Part shown: piece after piece, positions 1 through 8,778 of the stretch | Layout of the letters: every line of letters begins with the position of its first letter | Numbering within the stretch: the first letter of the stretch is position 1 | Origin: Flavobacteriales bacterium | GTDB taxonomy: Bacteria; Bacteroidota; Bacteroidia; Flavobacteriales_F; PHOS-HE28 | Direction: 5' to 3' | Assembly (NCBI GenBank): GCA_016716605.1 | Contig: JADJWA010000001.1 | Coordinates: forward strand, 2,489,330-2,553,329 | Length of the DNA stretch: 64,000 nt | Notes under the pieces: model-generated | Databases searched by the model: none | The model's input: the letters and a program-made list of their open reading frames with translations, nothing else | What the model was told of the DNA's origin: nothing | Program-made: the position numbers and the translations under genes

Positions 1-1
1 C

Positions 2-160
2 ATCGATCCGGTGAGCATCATCATGGAGATGCGCCGCTACAAGGTGATGGAGGAGAGCAGCACCCGGCCTGCGCTCACGAGCATGTTTAACAACGTGGAG
101 AACAACGGCGCGCCATGGGCGTTCGGGGCGGACAAACGAATGGATTGGGTGAATTCATGA
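2..160 (+). CDS. 3' end of an upstream Fe-S oxidoreductase subunit gene (partial, runs off the window start)
   Basis: Frame 2 is open from the window edge to TGA 158-160 (IDPVSIIMEMRRYKVMEESSTRPALTSMFNNVENNGAPWAFGADKRMDWVNS*). It lies directly upstream of a CCG-domain Fe-S protein, the usual two-gene arrangement. Function cannot be verified from 52 residues. Confidence 0.45.
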   Translation: MDPVSIIMEMRRYKVMEESSTRPALTSMFNNVENNGAPWAFGADKRMDWVNS

Positions 161-162
161 GT

Positions 163-245
163 AAGCTCCAAGCTCCAAGGCTCAAGCTTCAAGCTTCAAG
201 CTACGCAGTTGAAGCTTGTGGCTTGAGCCTTGTGGCTCGTGGCTT
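163..245 (+). repeat. Long imperfect hairpin whose two arms are each five tandem heptamers (AAGCTYC x5 / GWGSCTT x5)
   Basis: Hand pairing gives a perfect 10-bp apical stem (190-199 with 209-218) and about 37 stacked positions in total. Several mismatches are T:G, which are wobble pairs only in plus-sense RNA. It fills the spacer between two co-oriented genes. Confidence 0.8.
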
Positions 246-266
246 CGCATTCGATCTTTTTGTCCC

Positions 267-1058
267 ATGAGCCAGAGTCTCACCATCCCCACCATGGCCG
301 CTTTCACCGCTTCTGGCGAAGTGCCCGAAGTGCTTTTCTGGGTAGGCTGCGCGGGATCATTCGATGACCGTGCGCGCAAGATCACCAAGGCCTTCGTGCG
401 CATCCTGAATGCGGCCAAGGTGAAGTTCGCTGTGCTGGGGCAGGAAGAGACCTGCACCGGCGATCCCGCCCGTCGCGCGGGCAATGAGTTCCTCTTCCAG
501 ATGCAGGCGCTGCAGAACGTCACCGTGCTGAACGGCTATGGCGTGAAGCGCATCGTCACCGCCTGCCCGCACTGCTTCAACACGCTGAAGAACGAGTACC
601 CGGCGTTGGGCGGCAGCTACGAGGTGATGCATCACACGCAGTTCATCAATGCGCTGTTGAAGGAAGGCCGCATCAAGGTGCAGGGCGGCGGCTTCAACGG
701 CAAGCGCATCACCTTCCACGACCCTTGCTACCTCGGTCGCGGCAACAATGAGTACGAGGCCCCGCGCGAAGTGCTCCTGAAGCTCGATGCCGCGCTGGTG
801 GAGATGAAGCGCAGCAAGCAGAACGGCCTGTGCTGCGGCGCTGGCGGAGCGCAGATGTTCAAAGAAGCAGAGCCCGGCGCGCGTGAGGTGAACCACGAGA
901 GGGGCGAGGAAGCACTGGGCACCAAGCCGGACATCATCGCTGCGGGCTGCCCCTTCTGCAACACCATGCTTACTGATGGCGTGAAGCACTTCAACAAAGA
1001 GGGTGAAGTGGTGGTGAAGGACGTGGCGGAGCTGATCGCGGAGGCGGGGGAGCTGTAG
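267..1058 (+). CDS. (Fe-S)-binding protein with two CCG cysteine-rich domains (HdrD/GlpC/LutA-like oxidoreductase subunit)
   Basis: Two CCG-type cysteine patterns: VGCAGSFD...CTGDP...TACPHCFNTL and HDPCYLGR...GLCCGAGG...AGCPFCNTML. I chose ATG 267 over the track's TTG 216, which lies inside the upstream hairpin. Confidence 0.85.
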   Translation: MSQSLTIPTMAAFTASGEVPEVLFWVGCAGSFDDRARKITKAFVRILNAAKVKFAVLGQEETCTGDPARRAGNEFLFQMQALQNVTVLNGYGVKRIVTACPHCFNTLKNEYPALGGSYEVMHHTQFINALLKEGRIKVQGGGFNGKRITFHDPCYLGRGNNEYEAPREVLLKLDAALVEMKRSKQNGLCCGAGGAQMFKEAEPGAREVNHERGEEALGTKPDIIAAGCPFCNTMLTDGVKHFNKEGEVVVKDVAELIAEAGEL

Positions 1059-1201
1059 GTCCGGCTCGTTTGTTCCACCAACAACTGTTAATGAGTTCGG
1101 GCGGCGGTGGGCGATGGCGCGTTTATTTCAATCACTTTGGCCTCGACTCAGGCATCGGATGCCCTTTCGAGAAACGTCTGCACCACGAACACAGAAGGAC
1201 G

Positions 1202-1708
1202 ATGACGACCGAAGCACACGCCCCCATCCGTACCGTCGACTCCATGCCTGTGCATGCCCGCGTGTGGGCGTACAAGACCGCGCGCGACCTTAGCCAGGCC
1301 GAGCAGAAGCTCATCCGCGAGCGCGGTGCCGCCTTCACCGATTCGTGGGCCGCGCACGGCGCACCGCTCGATGCCTGCGTCGATGTGCTTTACAACCGCT
1401 TCGTCGTGATCGCCGTCGATGAAGAGCAGGCGAACGCCAGCGGCTGCAGCATCGACAAGAGCGTGGGCTTCATCAAGCAGCTCGAGCACGACCTCAACCT
1501 CATGCTCACCGATCGCATGGTGGTGGTGTTCGAGGGCAGCGATGGCAAGGTGCACAGCTGCCGCCTGCAGGAATTGCCCGAATTGATCAAGGAAGGTGCG
1601 ATCACCGCCGATACCGTTGTCTTCGACGATCTCGTAGGCACTGTGTCCGACCTGAACGAGCGCTTCCGCGTGCCCTTGCGCAGCAGCTGGATGCAGCGCT
1701 TCCTGTAA
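1202..1708 (+). CDS. Conserved hypothetical protein (resembles a small Bacteroidota family often auto-annotated as 'ABC transporter ATPase')
   Basis: In-frame ATG at 1202 gives a 168-aa product (MTTEAHAPIRT...VIAVDEEQANASGCSIDKSVGFIKQLE...) with no TM segment and protein-like composition. The antisense ORFs are Arg/His/Gly-rich junk. The family call is from memory only. Confidence 0.55.
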   Translation: MTTEAHAPIRTVDSMPVHARVWAYKTARDLSQAEQKLIRERGAAFTDSWAAHGAPLDACVDVLYNRFVVIAVDEEQANASGCSIDKSVGFIKQLEHDLNLMLTDRMVVVFEGSDGKVHSCRLQELPELIKEGAITADTVVFDDLVGTVSDLNERFRVPLRSSWMQRFL

Positions 1709-1789
1709 GATCCTACCAAGGGTCATTTGATAAGTCCTGGCCGGGCCCAGGTGGCAGCGCCTGGCTGCGCGCATCTTCGTCGGGCACGC

Positions 1790-2197
1790 ATGCGCAGTGA
1801 GGCCGATCGCTGGTTAGGGGCGCTCTTCCATGGATGGGTGGAGCTGCTCACGCTGTTCACTGTGCTGCTCACCGCGCTGGCGCTCATGGGTTGGGCCTGG
1901 AACCGGGGCTTCCGTCCGGCTGACCGCGGTCCATTGGTGAGCGTGCCCTTGCTGATGGCGGGCACGGCCATGGTCGTGCTCCTTCGCGCATTCCGTGAAG
2001 AGCTGATTCCCGCGATCATCATCGCCGTAGGGCTCGTTCTGGCGGGTCTGTTGGGCCGCAGCATGCATCCGCGCGGCCTCTGGATTCCGACCATGGCCTT
2101 TTCCGCGCTGCTTGGCATGGGACGCAATCTCAGCGCACTGGCCCTCGGGCTGGTGATCCTGCTCGCGCTGCTCTTCAGCGCGCGCCAGCAGCGATGA
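1790..2197 (+). CDS. Small multi-pass membrane protein, translationally coupled to the first CotH gene
   Basis: Three to four hydrophobic helices (WVELLTLFTVLLTALALMGWAW, LVSVPLLMAGTAMVVLL, IPAIIIAVGLVLAGLL, LSALALGLVILLALLF). Its stop overlaps the next start (ATGA at 2194-2197). The start codon is uncertain (1727 or 1790). Confidence 0.5.
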   Translation: MRSEADRWLGALFHGWVELLTLFTVLLTALALMGWAWNRGFRPADRGPLVSVPLLMAGTAMVVLLRAFREELIPAIIIAVGLVLAGLLGRSMHPRGLWIPTMAFSALLGMGRNLSALALGLVILLALLFSARQQR

Positions 2198-3789
2198 AGA
2201 AGCCCAGCTCACCGGCTGCGATCCTCCGCATCGGCTTCACGGTGCTGATCCTGCTTTCAATCCTGGGCTTCGCGGTCTCGCTCGGCCCATCGCGCGCCGC
2301 GCGCATTGCTGGTGCTGCTGTCGCGAACGTGCTGGTCGATGGCTTCGCGGAACAGCCCGGAGAGCACCGCATCCCCATCATCGATCTGCGTGTCGATCCT
2401 GCGGCGCTCGATAGCCTGAATGCCGACCTGCCCTGGAGCGGTGGCACCAATGTGAAGGCCCGGCTGATCGACAACGGGGTGGAGCACAAGGTGCGCTACC
2501 GCTATCGCGGGATGTACACGCCATCTCATTTCCTCGGCGGCAAGAAGTCGTTCCGCCTGAGCATGAAGCGCAGCAACCCGTGGGCGCCTTACCGCCGCGT
2601 GAACGTGATCAATCCCAAGGCGCACAACCTGGTGAACAACCACATGGCCGCGTGGGTGGCGGGCAGCATGGGCGTTCCGGTCCCGATGGATGAGATGGTC
2701 ATCGCGCGCATCAATGGCCAGGACATCGGCGTGATGGAGCTCTATGAGCAGGTCGATGGCGACTTCGAGCGCAATCGTCATATCTGGCCGGAGCAGGTGC
2801 CCGTGTACAAGGGCGATTTCCCACCGATCAACGGGAGGACCCTCTCCAAGGGCCGCACGCTCTGGGCCGATGCGGCGCACTGGGAATACAGCAGCAAGGC
2901 CGATAGCACGATCGCGCATGCCAAGCTCCTTCGGCTCATTGCCGCGCTGCGGAAGGACACCCTGCCCATGGCCGCGCACCGGGACAGCATCGCCGCGCTC
3001 CTCGATGTGGATGCATGGCTGCGCTATGAAGCCGCGTTGCTGGTGATCAACACCACCCATGTCGATCAGTACCACAACCAATGGCTCGTGCTGAATCCGC
3101 GCAGCGGCCGCTACTATCCCGTGCTCTGGGATGCGCTCATGCTCTTCGCGCCGCCCGGCGAGCCTCTTTACTACGTGAATGATGCGATGAGCTGGTGGAT
3201 CATGCGCATACCGGAGTGGCGGCTTCAGCGGGATCGTTATGCGCGCGACGCCATGCAGCGCTTGCATCGCGAAGGCGGGTTCAACCGCCATCTCGATGCC
3301 GTCGTTGAGCGCATCCGGCCCTCGGTGCTGGCCGATCGCAACAAGTTCGGGAACGTCACCTTGGAGCCTGAGGATGTGCACCGCGTCTCCGTGCTGCATG
3401 TGATCGGATCATTGGCCGGCTTGCGCGATGGAGCCGCTGCGCATTGGGAACAGGCGCTGAATCGGATGGAGCGTGCCGAGGCGGTTGTCGATCGCAGGGC
3501 GGCGCTGCGCATCCGCTCGGAAACCGAGGCCCCGATCCGCTTGCATTGGACGGATGCGCCGCAGCAAGTGCTGGTGAACGGAGAGGCGGTGCAGGCAGAA
3601 CCGTTCGCGGATGGATGGACCATCGTGCTGCACCGGGAGCTGGTCGCGAAGGAGGGCGGCAAGGATCATCCGCTCGCCGACAAACAAGCACTCGTTGTTG
3701 CGCCGCTCGATGCCACCATCGATTTCGGCGGATCCATCCCTGTGTCGCTCATGCTCACCAATGCCATCACCGATGAGCCGATCCGTTAA
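2194..3789 (+). CDS. CotH family protein (atypical-kinase fold family), N-terminally anchored
   Basis: CotH-like blocks: KKSFRLSMKR, NLVNNHMAAWVAGSMGVPVP, INGQDIGVMELYEQVDGDFERN, HVDQYHNQWLVLNP, YPVLWDALMLF. It has an N-terminal hydrophobic segment. Confidence 0.8.
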   Translation: MKKPSSPAAILRIGFTVLILLSILGFAVSLGPSRAARIAGAAVANVLVDGFAEQPGEHRIPIIDLRVDPAALDSLNADLPWSGGTNVKARLIDNGVEHKVRYRYRGMYTPSHFLGGKKSFRLSMKRSNPWAPYRRVNVINPKAHNLVNNHMAAWVAGSMGVPVPMDEMVIARINGQDIGVMELYEQVDGDFERNRHIWPEQVPVYKGDFPPINGRTLSKGRTLWADAAHWEYSSKADSTIAHAKLLRLIAALRKDTLPMAAHRDSIAALLDVDAWLRYEAALLVINTTHVDQYHNQWLVLNPRSGRYYPVLWDALMLFAPPGEPLYYVNDAMSWWIMRIPEWRLQRDRYARDAMQRLHREGGFNRHLDAVVERIRPSVLADRNKFGNVTLEPEDVHRVSVLHVIGSLAGLRDGAAAHWEQALNRMERAEAVVDRRAALRIRSETEAPIRLHWTDAPQQVLVNGEAVQAEPFADGWTIVLHRELVAKEGGKDHPLADKQALVVAPLDATIDFGGSIPVSLMLTNAITDEPIR

Positions 3790-3820
3790 GCATCGATTGA
3801 TCGGGGCGCGGGCCTGGCTC

Positions 3821-5947
3821 ATGGCCGTTGCGATGGTGGCCGTGCTGCTCTTCGTCGGGTTCCGCTTCGTGGATACCGACCGGCTTGCGGGCGATTGGCC
3901 CTTAGGCATCGAGCATCATGAGGTCGATGGCTACGCAGCCCTGCTCGATTGGCGCTCTGATACGGCTTCCGGCACAGCTGAGCGCTACTTGATTTCCAGC
4001 GCGCCCGAGGCGTGCCTTATGGAAGAGCGCGGACCCGGATGGAACACGCACTGGTTTGAGGCGGAAGGCTTTGGCGATTCGGTCGAGGTGCGCCGCTTGC
4101 GAACGGAGCCCGGCGGTTTCGTCATCAAGTTCAAGCGTTCAGAGCCGTTCCGTTCGCAGCGGCATATCGTGCTGTCTCCAGCACGTGTGTCAAGCCTGCG
4201 CGCCAAGTACCTCGAGATCCTTGCGGATGAATTGGGGCTGATCACCCCGGAGGTGAGCTTCGTGCGCATCATCGCCTGCGGCAAGGACCAAGGGCTCTTC
4301 CTGAAAGAGGAACGCATCGACGACGACTTCCTGGAGAAGCGCGGGCTTCCGGGCGCTGCCCTTGCGGAGTTCGGCCACGACGCTTCACGTCCTGACCACC
4401 TTTTCCCTGATTTCGATGATGATTCGCTGGCGATGACCGATCTCACGCCTGTGCTTGCACGGGCATACGGTGAGCTCGCCGCTGGCCGCACGGATCTGCT
4501 TCCTTACCTGGTCGATGCGCGCGCCGCTGGTGCGCTCTTGGTCATGGCTTGGATCGAGCATGGGCCATCGGCCTTCGATCATGCGCATGTGATGGCTTAC
4601 GATTGGTCACGCGGACGTTTGGTGCCCTTGTACCGACGGAGCCGTGCGAACCCGGTTGCACGGACCGCCGTCCCGTTCCGCATGAGCGATCCACTCACCT
4701 TGGCGATAGTGGATGGCACGATCCGCCAGTACGTTCGCGAGCGTTGGTCGAAGCTGAGTGATGAGGCCTGGCGCGTGCGCGAGCGCTTCGCCGCGATCGA
4801 TCGGGCATGGCTGCCCATTCTGGCTGAAGGCCAAGCGTTGGCCGTAGCGCAGGCGCGCATGAAACAGATTCAGGAGGAATTGCTGGGATCCGCGATGCTC
4901 GCCGCCGACCCCATCAAAGGGCTCGAAGCCTCCTTGGCCCGGCATGCGGGCGATGCGTCACTTAGCCTTGGATTGGAGACCACAGGCTATTGGCCCGGCG
5001 ATGACGATGCGGCCATCCTCGCGGGGTTCGCTGAGCGCACAAAGGCATTCGTGCGCGGTGATACACTGGTGTTCCCGCGTGGACGATACCTCATCTCCAG
5101 CGACCTAACCGTGCCGTACGGCCATGCCGTGGTGATGGAGCCAGGCGCGCGGATCGAGATCGCTGCTGGAGCGAGCGTGATGATCCAAGGTCCATGGCAT
5201 GTGCGCGGCACCAAGCGCAATCCGGTCTTCATCCGGGCAGCGGATGATGGAGCGCCCTTCGGCAGTTTCACTGTCGTAGGCGACGGCACCACCGATGTAC
5301 GCATCGAGGGCTTGCAGATGAGCGGCGGGAGCGAGGGCAGGCTCAACGGCGTGTACGCCAGCGGCATGCTCGCCATCCACGGCGCCGCGGGGACCATCAT
5401 GCGGGATTGCGTGATCAGCGGGTCGCACGGCGAGGATCTCATGAACATCAAGGGCGGCGAGGTGCAACTGCGCGATTGCATCTTCGAGAACGGTCACGCT
5501 GATCTGCTGGACTTGGACCGCTGCACAGGAACCATTGATCGCTCGGTCTTCCGCAACGGCCTCGCGGATGCGAACGGCGATGGCCTCGATGTGAGCGCTT
5601 CGCGCATCCTCGTGACCGGCTGCACATTCTCGAATTTGAAGGATAAGGGCATCAGTGTGGGCGAGGCCAGTCAGTTGCTGGCCATGGATTCGCGCTTCGA
5701 TGGAAATTCCGCAGCGCTTGTCTCCAAGGACCTCAGCGTCGCTTACGCTTCGGGTAATCGCTTCATCGGCAACGGGATCGCCTTCGCGGCTTATCGCAAG
5801 AAGCCGATCTACGGCGGGGCACGACTGGTGCGCTACACCAACGTGCTTGAAGCGAATGCGCGTGATGAGCAGGCGGACGAGCAGAGCGCCATCATCACCG
5901 AGGCGGTCCTCGATGAGAAGGTGCGCCGCATGTTCGGGATGCCTTGA
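3821..5947 (+). CDS. Membrane-anchored CotH-like domain fused to a C-terminal parallel beta-helix (pectin-lyase-fold) repeat region
   Basis: TM segment MAVAMVAVLLFVGF. CotH-like blocks: FVIKFKRSEPFRSQRHIVLSP, LRAKYLEILADELGLITPEVSFVRIIACGKDQGLFLKEERIDDDFLEKRG, MAYDWSRGRLVPLYR. The C-terminal repeats read CVISGSHGEDLMNIKGGEVQLRDCIFENGHADLLDLDRCTGTIDRSVFRNG...DGLDVSASRILVTGCTFSN. I set the start at the first ATG after the upstream stop (TTG 3797 is also possible). Confidence 0.7.
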   Translation: MAVAMVAVLLFVGFRFVDTDRLAGDWPLGIEHHEVDGYAALLDWRSDTASGTAERYLISSAPEACLMEERGPGWNTHWFEAEGFGDSVEVRRLRTEPGGFVIKFKRSEPFRSQRHIVLSPARVSSLRAKYLEILADELGLITPEVSFVRIIACGKDQGLFLKEERIDDDFLEKRGLPGAALAEFGHDASRPDHLFPDFDDDSLAMTDLTPVLARAYGELAAGRTDLLPYLVDARAAGALLVMAWIEHGPSAFDHAHVMAYDWSRGRLVPLYRRSRANPVARTAVPFRMSDPLTLAIVDGTIRQYVRERWSKLSDEAWRVRERFAAIDRAWLPILAEGQALAVAQARMKQIQEELLGSAMLAADPIKGLEASLARHAGDASLSLGLETTGYWPGDDDAAILAGFAERTKAFVRGDTLVFPRGRYLISSDLTVPYGHAVVMEPGARIEIAAGASVMIQGPWHVRGTKRNPVFIRAADDGAPFGSFTVVGDGTTDVRIEGLQMSGGSEGRLNGVYASGMLAIHGAAGTIMRDCVISGSHGEDLMNIKGGEVQLRDCIFENGHADLLDLDRCTGTIDRSVFRNGLADANGDGLDVSASRILVTGCTFSNLKDKGISVGEASQLLAMDSRFDGNSAALVSKDLSVAYASGNRFIGNGIAFAAYRKKPIYGGARLVRYTNVLEANARDEQADEQSAIITEAVLDEKVRRMFGMP

Positions 5948-7474
5948 TCAGGGAATGAAGATCCCTGCCCGATCTACCGGCCGTTCAGCGCTGCGGTCCA
6001 CTGCGCCTTGCAGGAGCAGTTCATCGGCCGGCGCCTTGTCAATCGGATAGAGCACCGCATCGGGCTTGTCGAGGAAGATCACGTCGCTGATGGCTCCTTC
6101 TTTCAGGAGCACGCGGATCCGGCTGCAATCAGCGCGGTTCACACCGAAGACCTCATCGGCGCCGTCTTTTTCTTCACGTGTGAAGTAAACCGTGCGGGCA
6201 TTGCCTTCCACATCGAGGCGGTCGAGCGCATTTTCCACGAAGTAGCCGGTCATGACGGTACCGGTCACTTGATCGTAGCGGCTGCTGTCGGCGCGCGAGA
6301 GCAGGAATCCGTTGCCGCGCACATGCAGCCGGTGGGCCTTGCCATCCTTGAGGGCGATGCGGATCGTATCTCCGGTGATCTGGTCGGCGCCGTTCCAGAG
6401 CACGGGCCGGTGATGCATGCGGATCAGGCTGTCGGCATCGCTGAAGAGCAGGGTATCGCAAGCGCCTTGCAGGTCGCGCTTGAAGAAGCGCACGCTCCGG
6501 CGCGCGGTGATGCGTCGGCCCGGGCCATCAGGCGCGGTGAAGAGCGTGTCGCCATGCACGAATAGCGTATCGTCGTCCATGCGCAGCTGCAGCTCGGCTT
6601 GTCCGGTGATCATGCTGCGCTCGTCGCGCTCGCTGTAGCGGCCTTCGCTTCCCAAGGCGCGCAGGTCGCCGCTGCTGTCGGTGATGGCCACATGGCCCCA
6701 AGCCCAGCCGATCCCGCCAGCGCGCTCGTAGTGCAGGCTGTCGCCCTCGATCATCCGGCCCTTGCTGCGCACCTGGGTCCGGCGGTTGAAGCGGGCGCGT
6801 TCGTTGCGTGTATCGTATGTGCCGCCGAGGGTGCTGATCTCGGTCTCGCCTTGCGTGATCGCGGTGGGCCCGAAGAAGGCCGCGATGCCGGTGGTCGTGG
6901 CGTAGTGCATGGTATCGCCGGTGATGCGGCGATCGGGGTGCTCCAGCAGCACGTTGCTGCCGAAGATGAATCGGCGTTGATCGGCGAGATAGGTGCCGGT
7001 GCCGCTGGTGAGCACGCTGCCGTCATCCTGGTTCACGATACGCCCCCCCTGGCTGTACACGGCGCGCTTGCCGCGCAGGTCGTAATCGAGCGCGGGAGCT
7101 GTGAGCTCCATGCTGCGGTCACGCAGGCGCACATTGCCCTCGAGGCGCGCTGCGCGCTGCTGGCCGTTGTAGCGCAGCAGGTCGGCGTCGGCGCGGAGCG
7201 TATCGCCCTGCTCGATGCTCACGTGACCGAAGGCATCCACGCGCTGATCAGCGAAGAGGAGCGCGCTGTCGCACCGCATCAGCGCTTCGGCATGCTTGAA
7301 GCGCACGTTGCCGCGGAGCCGTTGCGCGCCGCTGGCCGTCTGGTCATAGAGCCACACGTCGGCATTGAGGATCTCCACCCGGCCATCTCCTCCGCTCACC
7401 GCTGATTGCGCGGCGACCGCGGGGGAAATGATGGCCACGGGCATGAATAGCGCGGCACGCATGATGCTGCGCAT
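5948..7474 (-). CDS. Secreted OstA/LptA-like repeat protein
   Basis: Signal peptide MRSIMRAALFMPVAIISPAVAAQS, then reiterated OstA-N-like strands (LRGNVRFKH, LEGNVRLRD, GHVSIEQGDTL, GHVAITD). The family call is by resemblance. Confidence 0.65.
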   Translation of the reverse strand: MRSIMRAALFMPVAIISPAVAAQSAVSGGDGRVEILNADVWLYDQTASGAQRLRGNVRFKHAEALMRCDSALLFADQRVDAFGHVSIEQGDTLRADADLLRYNGQQRAARLEGNVRLRDRSMELTAPALDYDLRGKRAVYSQGGRIVNQDDGSVLTSGTGTYLADQRRFIFGSNVLLEHPDRRITGDTMHYATTTGIAAFFGPTAITQGETEISTLGGTYDTRNERARFNRRTQVRSKGRMIEGDSLHYERAGGIGWAWGHVAITDSSGDLRALGSEGRYSERDERSMITGQAELQLRMDDDTLFVHGDTLFTAPDGPGRRITARRSVRFFKRDLQGACDTLLFSDADSLIRMHHRPVLWNGADQITGDTIRIALKDGKAHRLHVRGNGFLLSRADSSRYDQVTGTVMTGYFVENALDRLDVEGNARTVYFTREEKDGADEVFGVNRADCSRIRVLLKEGAISDVIFLDKPDAVLYPIDKAPADELLLQGAVDRSAERPVDRAGIFIP

Positions 7475-7515
7475 GTTCAATGCGCATGCCGAGGCTTTTG
7501 GGAGCGGGGACCGCA

Positions 7516-8067
7516 TCAATTCAATGATACGCCGGGCAGCCGGCGCATCTGGCGGTAGTGCAGGCTCAGGCGGTCAAGCAGTTCGCGGATGGCGTGGTCG
7601 TCGGCCAGGGTGGCTTGGCTGATCTCCTTTCCCTGGGAGCGGAGCATCATCACTCCGTACACGGCGGTGAGCGCGCTGGTCACCGGGCCGTCGGGGTCGC
7701 CGCCCGCGTGCTGCTGCACGGCGGTGATACCGGCCTTCGCCTTGTCGAAAAGCGCTTGGTAGGCCTCATCCTCGATTGCTTCGAGCAGGGCTTCATGAAG
7801 GTGCTCCAATTCGTTCATCACCTCTTCAACCTCGCCCAGGTGGCCGATCCGCTCGAGACCTTCGGCGCGCATGCGGACGATCAACTCCCGGTACCAATCG
7901 CGCAAGGCTGCCTTGGCCGCCTCGTCGCCATCAGCAGTGGCGATCAATCGGTCCTCCACCTGCTGCAAGTCCAGCTCAAGCGCGCGCATGAGGTCCTCGA
8001 CCTGCCAAATGCCGATCACATAGCCCGCGATGTTCTCCTGCTTGCGCTGTGCGAGCGGGTCCATCAT
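7516..8067 (-). CDS. DUF4924 family protein
   Basis: The N-terminal signature RKQENIAGYVIGIWQVEDLMRALELD resembles the DUF4924 family of Bacteroidota. Its start overlaps the start-proximal end of the downstream ORF's open frame. Confidence 0.65.
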   Translation of the reverse strand: MMDPLAQRKQENIAGYVIGIWQVEDLMRALELDLQQVEDRLIATADGDEAAKAALRDWYRELIVRMRAEGLERIGHLGEVEEVMNELEHLHEALLEAIEDEAYQALFDKAKAGITAVQQHAGGDPDGPVTSALTAVYGVMMLRSQGKEISQATLADDHAIRELLDRLSLHYRQMRRLPGVSLN

Positions 8068-8069
8068 CG

Positions 8070-8714
8070 TTACTTATTGGCGGCCTTGCGCGCGCGATGG
8101 CGAGCATTCAGCCCATCGACCAGCTGCTGCGTGATATCCAGGCCCTCATTGCCCACCCAGATCTGCCCGCCTCCTTGCACGCTGAAGATGTAGTCGTGGC
8201 CGGCCCCTGCGTTGAATTCCTTCAGGTAATCCTCCAGTTCTTTGGCGATCTCTTTCAGCATCTCGCCCTCCATGCGGGCCAGCCGCTCTTCGCCTTCGAC
8301 CTGCATGCCTTGCAGCTTCTCCATCAATCCGCGCAGCTCGGCTTCGTCGCGCTCCACCTCCGCCTTCGTGCTGTAGGTCTGGTCCTTCTGCATCAATTGC
8401 TGGTACCGCTCGCGCGCCTTGGCCTGCTCGGCCTGCAGCCCGGCCTCCAGCCGTCGGCCTTCGGTGATGTAGCGCTGGTCCTTCTCCTTGATCAGCTCAT
8501 AGCCGAGGCGCAGGCTGTCCATGCGGAAGAAGGCGATGCGCGCGCGGTTCAGCCCGGCGCTGTCGGCCATTGAGGGCGCTGGGGCGACAGAGGGATCATG
8601 GACTGCCTCGGCAATCGCATCGGGGCTGGTAGGTTGGCGCATCATGAGCCAGCCGCAAAGGCCGGTCAGCGCGATGTTCCAGATGACGAGGATAGTGGGC
8701 AGGGGCTTGATCAT
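8070..8714 (-). CDS. OmpH/Skp-like periplasmic chaperone family protein
   Basis: N-terminal anchor MIKPLPTILVIWNIALTGLCGWLMM, then a long coiled-coil-like region rich in E/K/Q/R (LIKEKDQRYITEGRRLEAGLQAEQAKARERYQQLMQKDQ...). The C-terminal IFSVQGGGQIWVGNEGLDITQQLVDGLN is typical of the OmpH family. Confidence 0.7.
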   Translation of the reverse strand: MIKPLPTILVIWNIALTGLCGWLMMRQPTSPDAIAEAVHDPSVAPAPSMADSAGLNRARIAFFRMDSLRLGYELIKEKDQRYITEGRRLEAGLQAEQAKARERYQQLMQKDQTYSTKAEVERDEAELRGLMEKLQGMQVEGEERLARMEGEMLKEIAKELEDYLKEFNAGAGHDYIFSVQGGGQIWVGNEGLDITQQLVDGLNARHRARKAANK

Positions 8715-8778
8715 GGGCGTTGAGCGCGGCGCGCGAAGGTATTCGCCTCCAGGCGTGAACCCCATCGCGGGAGCACGT

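Noticed and set aside
216-266. The track's TTG start at 216 for the CCG-domain Fe-S protein.
   Set aside because: The extra 17 codons lie inside the heptamer hairpin and encode non-conserved-looking sequence (MWLEPCGSWLRIRSFCP). ATG 267 just downstream of the hairpin is more plausible.
3611-3820. An N-terminal 70-codon extension of the second CotH-like ORF, overlapping the 3' end of the first CotH gene.
   Set aside because: A 179-nt out-of-frame overlap is unlikely. The extension is Arg/Ser/Pro/Cys-rich. The first ATG after the upstream stop begins a good TM anchor.
5945-5950. A shared palindromic TGATCA forming back-to-back stop codons for convergent genes. It is seen at 5945-5950 and again at 55556-55561.
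   Set aside because: This is probably coincidence of genome compaction, since TGA is the preferred stop and TGA|TCA is its own reverse complement. Two instances are not enough to argue for a functional site, though neither junction leaves room for a terminator.
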